This document shows, one piece after another, positions 56,201 through 64,000 of a DNA stretch of 64,000 nucleotides. This stretch comes from Bacteroidota bacterium. GTDB taxonomy: Bacteria > Bacteroidota > Bacteroidia > Chitinophagales > Chitinophagaceae. The position numbers and the translations under genes were made by a program. The number at the start of each line of letters is the position of its first letter. Position 1 is the first letter of the stretch. Below the pieces are notes generated by a model. It was not told the origin of the DNA. It searched no databases and saw only the letters and a list, made by a program, of their open reading frames with translations. Location of the stretch: positions 50,893-114,892 of the forward strand of contig JAZKFF010000035.1 of NCBI GenBank assembly GCA_040386555.1. The letters are read 5' to 3'.

Positions 56201-59200
56201 CGCAGGCTCCAATACAACTTTTGCCAGCACCACAATGGGCGGCACATGGAGCAGCAGCAATATGTCTGTTGCTACAGTAGGTACTTCTGGAATAATCACC
56301 GGTGTTGCTGCAGGCGTATCAACGATAACCTACACACTGAGCACAGGCTGCTTTGCTGTAAGGACGGTATCAGTTAACCCGCTGCCGACGGCTATCACAG
56401 GCGCCAGTGCTGTGTGCGCAGGGTTTACAATTACATTGACGAATGCAACCTCAGGTGGCACATGGGCGAGCAGCAATACTGCGATCGCAACAGTAGGCAC
56501 CAGCGGCATCGTTACCGGTGTAGCCGGCGGCAATGTAACTATCAGCTATACATTGAGCACAGGTTGCCGGGTAACTTCAATTGTTACCGTTAACGCGAAC
56601 CCTGCTGCTATCACAGGTACTACCAGTGCGTGCGAAGGCGCCACTGCAACCCTTGCAGATGCTACTACGGGTGGCACATGGAGCAGCAGCGATGCTGCCG
56701 TGGCTACAGTGGGCACATCAGGTATCTTTACCGGTGTGGCTGCAGGAACTGCTACGATAACTTACATGCTGGGCACAGGTTGCTACAGGACCATCACGGT
56801 AACCATAAACGCAGCACCCCCGGCCATCACTGGCACACTCTCCGCATGCGCAGGGTCAATGTCTACACTCGCTAATGCTACGGCAGGTGGCACATGGACC
56901 AGCAGCAGCACTTCAATTGCTACAATAGGTGCTACAACAGGGGTGGTTACCGCTGTTGCCGCAGGCACTACTACTATCAGCTACAGCCTGGCTGGTGGCT
57001 GCCGCACAACATCTGTTTTCACCGTTAACGCCTTGCCTGCAGCAATAACAGGTACAGCGGTTGTATGTGTTGGGTCGATCACCACACTTGCAAATGCTAC
57101 AACTGGCGGCGTGTGGAGCAGCAGCAATACTGCAATAGCTACTATCGGCACGTCTGGCATTGTTTCGGGTATCGCAACCGGTACAACCACCATCACTTAT
57201 ACATTGGGTACAGGATGCTCCAGGACAATTACAGTAACCGTTACTGCAACACCAGATGCTATAACAGGTACAGCTGCAGTATGTGTGGGACTCACAACGT
57301 CTTTAAGCAATACCGTTACCGGCGGCACATGGACCAGCAGCGCAGCTACAATAGCATCTGTGGGTGCATCAACCGGTGTTGTCACCGGCGTTGCTGCAGG
57401 TACATCAACAATTACTTATACTATCAGCAGCGGGTGCAGGGTTTTCAAGGTGGTGACTGTTAATGCGTTGCCAGCGGCTATCACGGGCACGCTCACTATG
57501 TGCGCGGGCTCATCAACTACATTGGCTAACACTTCAGCGGGCGGTACATGGATGAGCGGCAATACATCAGTTGCTACCATTGGTGCCTCGGGCATCGTGA
57601 CCGGTGTTGCGGCTGGTACTTCAACAATAACATATACATTGGCTACCGGTTGCCTCAGGACAACTACGGTAACAGTGAATGCACTGCCTGTAACGATTGG
57701 TGGAACAATGACAGTTTGTCCGGGTACCACTACATCATTGTATACAGGTGTTCCAGGTGCGGAAACAATATTTAACTACATAGGCAGCCGTCAGTCTTAC
57801 ACAGTACCTGCCGGAGTTACAAAGCTCAACGTAGTCCTTAAAGGTGGCCATGGCGGCGTAGGCAACACCGCGCCCGGTGGTGCAGGAGGCTCTACGAGCG
57901 CCACAATATCAGTAACCCCGGGACAGACACTATATGTCAACGTTGGCGGTGGCGGGGCTAATGGCTCCGGCTATGCAGGCGGCGGATATAATGGTTTTAA
58001 CGGCGGAGGTTCACTCGAGGCTAGCGGAGGTGCAGGTTATAATGGTGGTGGAGGCGGAGGTGCTTCTGACATCCGTACTGATAGCACCATGCTTACCAGC
58101 AGGCTGATAGTGGCCGGCGGCGGCGGCGGTGGTGGCCATGCCGGTGGCGATGGCGGGGCCGGCGGCGGGCTCACCGGCGGTGATGCTTTGTCACTCGCGG
58201 GTATCATTCCTGCTACAGGCGGCTCACAGAGCGCCGGTGGCTCAGGCGAAACCGACAGCGTTACTTCGGGGCTTCCGGGCACATCAGGTAACGGAGGCGA
58301 TATCTTATGCTTCTACTGCGGCGGTGGCGGCGGTGGTGGTTACTATGGTGGCGGCGCCGGTGGCGGTGGCACATATAGTGGCGGCGGCGGCGCCGGTGGT
58401 TCTTCTTATGCTAATGCATCAGCGGCTGCCGGTATCGTAATGACACAAGGCACAAACACAGATGATAATGGAATGGTGAGCATTGTACCACTAATGACTA
58501 CAGGCACGTGGACCAGCAGCATACCAGGCGTTGCATCTGTTAGCTCAGCGGGAGTAGTTTCCGGTGTAGCGGCAGGTACCACAACTATCTCGTTTACTTT
58601 AACCACAGGGTGCAGAACAACGACTATTGTTACAGTTAATGCACTGCCAGCCCCTATAGGAGGAACGCTTAAAGTTTGTCCGGGCTTTACTACAACACTT
58701 ACCAATGCATCAACCGGTGGCTCGTGGACTACCTCAAATAGTTCTATAGCTACTATCGGTTCTGCTACTGGTGTAGCATCGGGTGTTGCCGCGGGTACAG
58801 TTACAGTAACGTACACGCTGCCTACCGGTTGCATCAGGACAGGTATCCTTACAGTTAATCCTACTCCATCCGCTATAGCGGGTACGGCAAGTACCTGCAT
58901 AGGCCGCACTACTACGCTTTCTAATACAGGCGGTGGCACATGGGCGAGCAGCACTACGTCAGTTGCTACCATTACGAGCACAGGTATTGTTACCGGCCTT
59001 ACCGCTGGAACAACTACCATCACATATACACTTAGCACGGGCTGTTACATCACAACCGTGGTTACGGTTAACGCGTTACCTCCGGCTATCACCGGCACAG
59101 GTACGGTTTGCGCAGGCTCCACGCTTACATTGGCTAATGCCGAGACTGGTGGCACATGGGCCAGTGCGATGATGACAATAGCAACGGTTGGCTCATCAGA

Positions 59201-62200
59201 TGGTGTTGTCAGCGGCGTTTCCGCCGGTACTGCCCGCATCACCTACACAGCACCAACAGGTTGCTTTGCTACTGCAATTGTTACGGTTACCGCACTGCAG
59301 CCTATTACCGGCAGCACTATAGTGTGTGTTGGCTTCACCACCACACTTGCTGACGCTACTACAGGCGGCACGTGGAGCAGCAGCGACGCTTCGGTTGCCA
59401 CAATAGGCACCAGCGGAGTTGTTACCGGCGTTACAGCGGGTACGACTACTATTACTTACACTATATCTTCAGGCTGCCTCCGCACAGTTATCATGACGGT
59501 AAGCCCGGTTCCGGGTGCTGTAACAGGCACGTTGACTGTATGTGTGGGCGCCACTGCATCACTGGGTAACTCGGTTTCGGGCGGCACATGGAGCAGCAGC
59601 GCTACAGCTGTAGCTTCGATCGGTGCTACCTCTGGGGTAGCTACGGGCGTTGCATCTGGCACAGCAACTATTACATATGCAATATCAGGCGGATGCCGCT
59701 CTACAGCGGTTATTACAGTGAACGGTGTGCCGGCAGCAATAGGCGGCACAGCCAGCGTGTGCCAGGGCGCAACGACTACCCTTAGCAACACAGTCAGCGG
59801 CGGCACATGGACCAGCACAGATGGTTCGGTTGCAACCGTTGGCTCGTCTAATGGCATAGTTACAGGTGTGGCCTCAGGCTTTGCTACCATCAGCTATACA
59901 CTGTCTACAGGCTGCTATAGGATTATACAGGTGAGCGTTAATCCTACTCCGGTTGCTATTTCAGGTACGCTTACTGTATGCGTTGGCGCGGCATCATCGC
60001 TCAGCAATGCTACTACAGGCGGCACATGGGTAAGTAGCAACACAAGCGTTGCTACTATAGGCTCTGCTACAGGCGTACTTACCGGCGTTAATGCTGGTAT
60101 GGCTAATATTACTTACACGGTGAGCGGTTGCAGGACTATAAGCGCTGCAACGGTTAATCCATCACCAGCGGCGATCACAGGAACTGCGCAAACGTGCGTT
60201 GGCAGTGTTGCTAGTTTGGCTAATGCAACTACAGGCGGCTCTTGGGCCAGCAGCAACCCGTCTATCGCTTCGGTAGGTTCGGGTACAGGGTTAGTTACAG
60301 GCGTAGCAGAAGGAACAGCGACTATATCATACATACTGCCAGCAGGTTGCTACAGCACGGTTGTCTTTACCGTTAACCCATGGCCCGGCCCTGTTGCCGG
60401 CAACGCAACCGTTTGCGTGGGTGGAACAACAGCGCTCGGCCACTCAGTATCGGGCGGCACCTGGAGCAGCAGCAATACTTCAATAATTACTGTAGGGCTC
60501 ACCTCTGGTATCGTTACCGGTATCTCTGAAGGCACGGGTAGCATTACTTATACCACACCAATAGGCTGTATGCTTGTTACCGGCGCGCTTGTGAAGGCGA
60601 CACCAGGTGCAATTACAGGCCCTGCAAATGTTATGGAGGGTAATACAATAACGCTGAGCAATGCTACTTCGGGTGGCACGTGGAGCAGCAGCAACACAGC
60701 CCGCGCAACAGTTGGTTCTTCTGATGGTATTGTTGCCGGCGTATCCGCAGGTACAGTTACGATCTCTTATACACTATCGAGCGGATGTTACGCAACAGCT
60801 GCAATAACTGTAAGTGCAGCATCAACCGATATAACAGGTACATTAACCGTTTGCGAAGGCAGCACAACCGCACTTGGCAATTCTGTATCGGGCGGCACAT
60901 GGAGCAGCGGCAGTTCAAATGCAACTGTTGACGCTACTACCGGCGTTGTCACCGGTGTCTCTGCCGGTACGGCAGTCATTACATACGAATTCCCAACAAG
61001 CGGCATGGCAACTGCGGTAGTAACGGTTAACGCCTTGCCATCAGCCATTACCGGGCCATTCGCTGTATGTGTGGGCTCAACGGCTACATTGTCTAACGCA
61101 ACCTCAGGTGGCACATGGAGCAGCTCTAATCTCTCCGCGTTCACAGTGGGTTCAGCCACGGGTATTATAACGGCGGTATCAGGCGGCACATCAGCAATTG
61201 AGTACACTTTATCTACTGGCTGTTCTGTTTCCTATGGTGTGGTAGCTAACTCGCTGCCTACGTTTACCGGCGACGCAACAGTGACTGTAGGCTCAACGAC
61301 TACATTGAACCCGTCTTCAGGCGGCGGTACGTGGAACAGTGGCAACACTGCACGGGCTACAGTAGATGCTATCGGTGTCGTTACAGGTGTTAGCGCAGGT
61401 ACGGTCACGATCTCTTATACCTCTTCAACAGGATGCGTCGGGACGATCATAGTAACGGTGACTGCACCAACTGCAGCTATTACCGGTACACTCAGTGTAT
61501 GTATGGGCAGCACCACAATGCTTAGCCACACTACAACAGGCGGCACATGGAGCAGCAGCAATGGCTCTGTAGCTACAATAAGCATGTCGGGTGTCGTTAC
61601 TAGTGTAGCGACAGGCACGGCTACCATCAGCTATACACTGCCTTCTACAGAGGTTATAACAGCGGTGGTTACTGTTAATGCTAACCCTGCAGCAATCACC
61701 GGCACAGCCAGTGTTTGCATGGGCAATATTACAGGACTTGAAAATGCTACCACCGGCGGCACATGGAGCAGCAGCGCCACAGGTGTTGCTACCATTGACA
61801 CTTACGGAATAGTTACACCGGTAGCTGCAGGTAATGCAACTATAACATACATGCTCAGCACAGGCTGTTATGCAACTGCAACCGTGACCGTACACACTAC
61901 ACCGACTGCCATAGTAGGTACTGCAAGTGTTTGTGAGGGAGCAACAACAACACTGAATGTTGCAACCGGCGGAGGATCGTGGAGCAGCTCTGATATGAGC
62001 ATTGCTACCGTGGGTTCTACCAATGGTGTGGTAACAGGCGGTTCAGGTGGTAGCGTAGTGATCAGCTACGTATTGCCAACCGGATGTTTCAGCGCGGTTA
62101 TCGTGACGGTAAATGCGCTTCCCGCAGCAATTACAGGCACTATGAGCGCTTGTATCGGTGCTACTGCCTTACTCAGCAGCGCAACAACAGGCGGCACATG

Positions 62201-64000
62201 GACCAGCAGCAACACCGCAGTGGCTACCATCGACGGCACAACCGGCGTGTACACTGGCGTTGCGGCAGGGTTGTCTGCAATCACTTATACATTATCTACA
62301 GGATGCAGGGCAACAGCTACAATAACTGTCAACACCAGCCCGGCAGCAATAACTGGTACACAATCGGTTTGTGTAGGATTAACTACCAACCTGGCGAGCG
62401 CTACTACGGGTGGCACATGGAGCAGCAGCGATATGTCGGTTGCAACAATAGGTACATCTGGTACCGTTACCGGTATGGCTGCGGGCACTGCTACAATTAC
62501 TTATTCAACCGGTTCGGGATGTACCCGCACGGCAGAGGTAACGGTGAATGCACTGCCTGATGCTATAACAGGTACTCAAACAGTGTGCGTAGGTCTTACT
62601 ACTACACTGATCAACACATCGACTGGCGGCACATGGAGCGGTACAAGCACAACAATTGCCAACATCTCTCCGACTACCGGCGTGGTAACAGGTGTAGCTA
62701 CAGGCACTGCGGTGTTCACGTACACAATTGCTACTGGTTGTAAAGTAACAGCGGTTGTTACAGTTAATTCGGCACCGGCTGCTATAATGGGCACAATGAA
62801 GGCCTGCCCCGGCACTACTACTGCACTTACCAATGCTACTTCAGGTGGCACATGGAGCAGTGCTGACAACAGTATAGCTACCGTAGGTACCTCAGGTGTT
62901 GTAACAGGTGTTGCAGCAGGTACAGTAAATATATCTTATGAAACAGGCGCAGGCTGTTACAGGGTCACGTTGGTTACTATCAACGCAGCACCGGCTGCTA
63001 TAGCAGGCACGCTTGCAGTATGCATCGGCTCAACGACAAGCCTGAGCAGCGCTACAACGGGTGGTGTTTCGTGGATGAGCAGCAACACAGCTGTGGCCAC
63101 TGTAAACAGCAGTACGGGTGTTGTATCGGGTGTTGCTGCAGGTACTGCAACTATTACTTATACTTTAGGATCAGGATGTATAGCAACTGCGGTAGTAACA
63201 GCCAGCAGTTTGCCGGCGATAACCGGTGTGCTCAAAGCATGCCCTGGTACAACTACAGCATTGGCCGGCTCACCTGCAGGTGGCGCATGGACAAGCAGTA
63301 ATACCGCAGTAGCGAGCATTGATGGCACTACCGGTGTTGCAACTGGTATTGCAACAGGTACAACAACGATCACCTATTCTCTTGGCGGTGGATGCGCTAA
63401 AACAGCTATTATGACCGTTAACCCCAACCCGGGAGCTATTACAGGTTACATGATAGCATGCGTAGGTACTAACACCACGCTTACAGGCACAGGCGGCGGC
63501 ACATGGAGCAGCAGCGATCTTGCAGTAGGTACGGTAGGTCTTTCTACAGGTATCGTTAGAGGCGTATCTCCGGGTACCACTACTATCAGCTACACGCTGT
63601 CTACCGGATGTTTCCGCACGGCGGAAGTAACTGTGAATTCAGTTCCACCGGCAATTACCGGTACGGCAAGTATCTGCTCTGGTACTACTACTACACTAGC
63701 CAACAGTCTTGCGGGTGGCACATGGAGCAGCAGCAACGCTACGGCAATTGTCGGTTCCGCTACAGGTATTGTAACTGCCATGGGTTCAAGCGGCACTACT
63801 ACGATCTCCTACAACTTCGGCGTAAACTGCAGGGCTACAACTATTGTAACTGTGAAGGCACTGCCAGCTACTATAGGTGGTACGCTCAATGTTTGCGTAG
63901 GTGCAGTAACAACGCTGAGCAATGTTACCTCTGGCGGCACATGGAGCAGTTCTAACGCTGGCATCGCCACTGTAGGCACAGGTGCTACATTCGCATACGG
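53238..64000 (+). CDS. Giant (>3580 aa, 3'-truncated by the window) S8 subtilase with an Ig-like repeat stalk and an inserted glycine-rich domain
   Basis: ATG at 53238, signal peptide MKKITLLLLATLMAFGYSNG; triad VAVIDAG (Asp 53796), HGHGTNVAG (His 53961), SGTSQACPHVAG (Ser 54432); same frame confirmed at 57720, 58440 and 63960; roughly 35-40 GGTWSSS modules. Confidence 0.9.
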   Translation, partial: MKKITLLLLATLMAFGYSNGQQTLRMTVQPAPTQGAAQEYETDRITVKFRIGFIPVFTERNGKVESGIPAIDALIARYPLTKAVRIDAGRKSKDQMYSLRFDGNIDVMGAVKDYQQTGVLDFAEPDYKEGIFTTTPNDPYFVYQWGSFNNGSFAYGSVSPTAGRDIDMKLAWDITQGSSSVVVAVIDAGARMDHPEFSGRVWTNTDEIAGNGIDDDANGFIDDRLGWNFSYNTNDPTDDHGHGTNVAGIIGANGNNSVGYAGIDWNCKLMMLKALNSAGSGNTGLTSSAIYYATDNGAKVINMSLGGAGYSAALQTAIDYAYANGVTCVAAMGNDNTSTPFYPAAMNHIIAVGATRCNDTRATFSNFGSHISVVAPGEAIFGLYYASSTDYTHGMSGTSQACPHVAGVAALLLAQNGTRTHDQIKAILQGSAEDQVGSASEDIAGFDNYYGYGRINAYAALTYSASCSLPAIGGTKTVCIGATTTLSNATAGGTWMSGSTATATIGSTTGVVTGVAAGTANVTYTVGVCTVTATVTVNALPNAITGSGTVCVGRTTTLASSTSGGTWTSSTTAVATVVSSTGVVTGVAAGTSRITYSVTATGCTRTSVVTVNALPNAITGATTVCAGAGTTLASTTTGGTWTSSNTAVATVGSTNGVVTGVTAGTAVITYTITSTGCNRTVTVTVTTGSGGISGSTSVCVSSTITLTNATSGGTWSSSSTGIASVNSTTGVVTGMAAGAATITYTTSCGTVVHSITVNVNPGITGTASTCIGAATTLSSTISGGTWTSGTTSVATVGSGTGIVTGVATGTSIVTYTLATGCRAIVIATVNTLPAAITGGMGVCTGGTATLASTTSGGTWSSSNAAVATIGATTGIVTGVASGTATISYTIATGCRVTTVVTVGATAAISGTLTACVGAAATLSNATSGGTWTSSMASIATVGSATGVVTGVAAGTATITYTVSGGCRTTSVVTINANPATLTGTATVCAGSNTTFASTTMGGTWSSSNMSVATVGTSGIITGVAAGVSTITYTLSTGCFAVRTVSVNPLPTAITGASAVCAGFTITLTNATSGGTWASSNTAIATVGTSGIVTGVAGGNVTISYTLSTGCRVTSIVTVNANPAAITGTTSACEGATATLADATTGGTWSSSDAAVATVGTSGIFTGVAAGTATITYMLGTGCYRTITVTINAAPPAITGTLSACAGSMSTLANATAGGTWTSSSTSIATIGATTGVVTAVAAGTTTISYSLAGGCRTTSVFTVNALPAAITGTAVVCVGSITTLANATTGGVWSSSNTAIATIGTSGIVSGIATGTTTITYTLGTGCSRTITVTVTATPDAITGTAAVCVGLTTSLSNTVTGGTWTSSAATIASVGASTGVVTGVAAGTSTITYTISSGCRVFKVVTVNALPAAITGTLTMCAGSSTTLANTSAGGTWMSGNTSVATIGASGIVTGVAAGTSTITYTLATGCLRTTTVTVNALPVTIGGTMTVCPGTTTSLYTGVPGAETIFNYIGSRQSYTVPAGVTKLNVVLKGGHGGVGNTAPGGAGGSTSATISVTPGQTLYVNVGGGGANGSGYAGGGYNGFNGGGSLEASGGAGYNGGGGGGASDIRTDSTMLTSRLIVAGGGGGGGHAGGDGGAGGGLTGGDALSLAGIIPATGGSQSAGGSGETDSVTSGLPGTSGNGGDILCFYCGGGGGGGYYGGGAGGGGTYSGGGGAGGSSYANASAAAGIVMTQGTNTDDNGMVSIVPLMTTGTWTSSIPGVASVSSAGVVSGVAAGTTTISFTLTTGCRTTTIVTVNALPAPIGGTLKVCPGFTTTLTNASTGGSWTTSNSSIATIGSATGVASGVAAGTVTVTYTLPTGCIRTGILTVNPTPSAIAGTASTCIGRTTTLSNTGGGTWASSTTSVATITSTGIVTGLTAGTTTITYTLSTGCYITTVVTVNALPPAITGTGTVCAGSTLTLANAETGGTWASAMMTIATVGSSDGVVSGVSAGTARITYTAPTGCFATAIVTVTALQPITGSTIVCVGFTTTLADATTGGTWSSSDASVATIGTSGVVTGVTAGTTTITYTISSGCLRTVIMTVSPVPGAVTGTLTVCVGATASLGNSVSGGTWSSSATAVASIGATSGVATGVASGTATITYAISGGCRSTAVITVNGVPAAIGGTASVCQGATTTLSNTVSGGTWTSTDGSVATVGSSNGIVTGVASGFATISYTLSTGCYRIIQVSVNPTPVAISGTLTVCVGAASSLSNATTGGTWVSSNTSVATIGSATGVLTGVNAGMANITYTVSGCRTISAATVNPSPAAITGTAQTCVGSVASLANATTGGSWASSNPSIASVGSGTGLVTGVAEGTATISYILPAGCYSTVVFTVNPWPGPVAGNATVCVGGTTALGHSVSGGTWSSSNTSIITVGLTSGIVTGISEGTGSITYTTPIGCMLVTGALVKATPGAITGPANVMEGNTITLSNATSGGTWSSSNTARATVGSSDGIVAGVSAGTVTISYTLSSGCYATAAITVSAASTDITGTLTVCEGSTTALGNSVSGGTWSSGSSNATVDATTGVVTGVSAGTAVITYEFPTSGMATAVVTVNALPSAITGPFAVCVGSTATLSNATSGGTWSSSNLSAFTVGSATGIITAVSGGTSAIEYTLSTGCSVSYGVVANSLPTFTGDATVTVGSTTTLNPSSGGGTWNSGNTARATVDAIGVVTGVSAGTVTISYTSSTGCVGTIIVTVTAPTAAITGTLSVCMGSTTMLSHTTTGGTWSSSNGSVATISMSGVVTSVATGTATISYTLPSTEVITAVVTVNANPAAITGTASVCMGNITGLENATTGGTWSSSATGVATIDTYGIVTPVAAGNATITYMLSTGCYATATVTVHTTPTAIVGTASVCEGATTTLNVATGGGSWSSSDMSIATVGSTNGVVTGGSGGSVVISYVLPTGCFSAVIVTVNALPAAITGTMSACIGATALLSSATTGGTWTSSNTAVATIDGTTGVYTGVAAGLSAITYTLSTGCRATATITVNTSPAAITGTQSVCVGLTTNLASATTGGTWSSSDMSVATIGTSGTVTGMAAGTATITYSTGSGCTRTAEVTVNALPDAITGTQTVCVGLTTTLINTSTGGTWSGTSTTIANISPTTGVVTGVATGTAVFTYTIATGCKVTAVVTVNSAPAAIMGTMKACPGTTTALTNATSGGTWSSADNSIATVGTSGVVTGVAAGTVNISYETGAGCYRVTLVTINAAPAAIAGTLAVCIGSTTSLSSATTGGVSWMSSNTAVATVNSSTGVVSGVAAGTATITYTLGSGCIATAVVTASSLPAITGVLKACPGTTTALAGSPAGGAWTSSNTAVASIDGTTGVATGIATGTTTITYSLGGGCAKTAIMTVNPNPGAITGYMIACVGTNTTLTGTGGGTWSSSDLAVGTVGLSTGIVRGVSPGTTTISYTLSTGCFRTAEVTVNSVPPAITGTASICSGTTTTLANSLAGGTWSSSNATAIVGSATGIVTAMGSSGTTTISYNFGVNCRATTIVTVKALPATIGGTLNVCVGAVTTLSNVTSGGTWSSSNAGIATVGTGATFAY

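Noticed and set aside
54800-63955. Dozens of short Val/Pro/Ala-rich minus-strand and off-frame ORFs (also within 1407-4241 and 24058-30279)
   Set aside because: They are antisense or frame shadows of the repetitive Ig-module genes.

Overview
Chromosomal segment of a Bacteroidota bacterium, probably Chitinophagaceae-like (TAnnTTTG promoters, T9SS C-terminal domains). The housekeeping backbone is rplK-rplA-rplJ-rplL, aspS, tsaD plus a tRNA m6A37 methyltransferase, fsa/tal, a phosphohexomutase, an aldehyde dehydrogenase, kynA, parA-parB and an SRP RNA that the ORF track does not show. Three large secreted proteins share a Cys-paired Ig-like 'GGTWSSS' module: 944 aa, 2073 aa, and an S8 protease of more than 3580 aa that runs off the window end and is absent from the ORF track. 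Other accessory features are a beta-propeller histidine kinase/LytTR pair with recognisable binding boxes, a stand-alone AT-rich ABC-ATPase-TOPRIM gene (defence candidate), a 204-bp tandem array, and several REP-like palindrome families, two of which are translated in-frame inside aspS. No CRISPR array, tRNA, rRNA, transposase, integrase or reverse transcriptase was recognised. All family assignments come from reading motifs by eye; no database searches were run.
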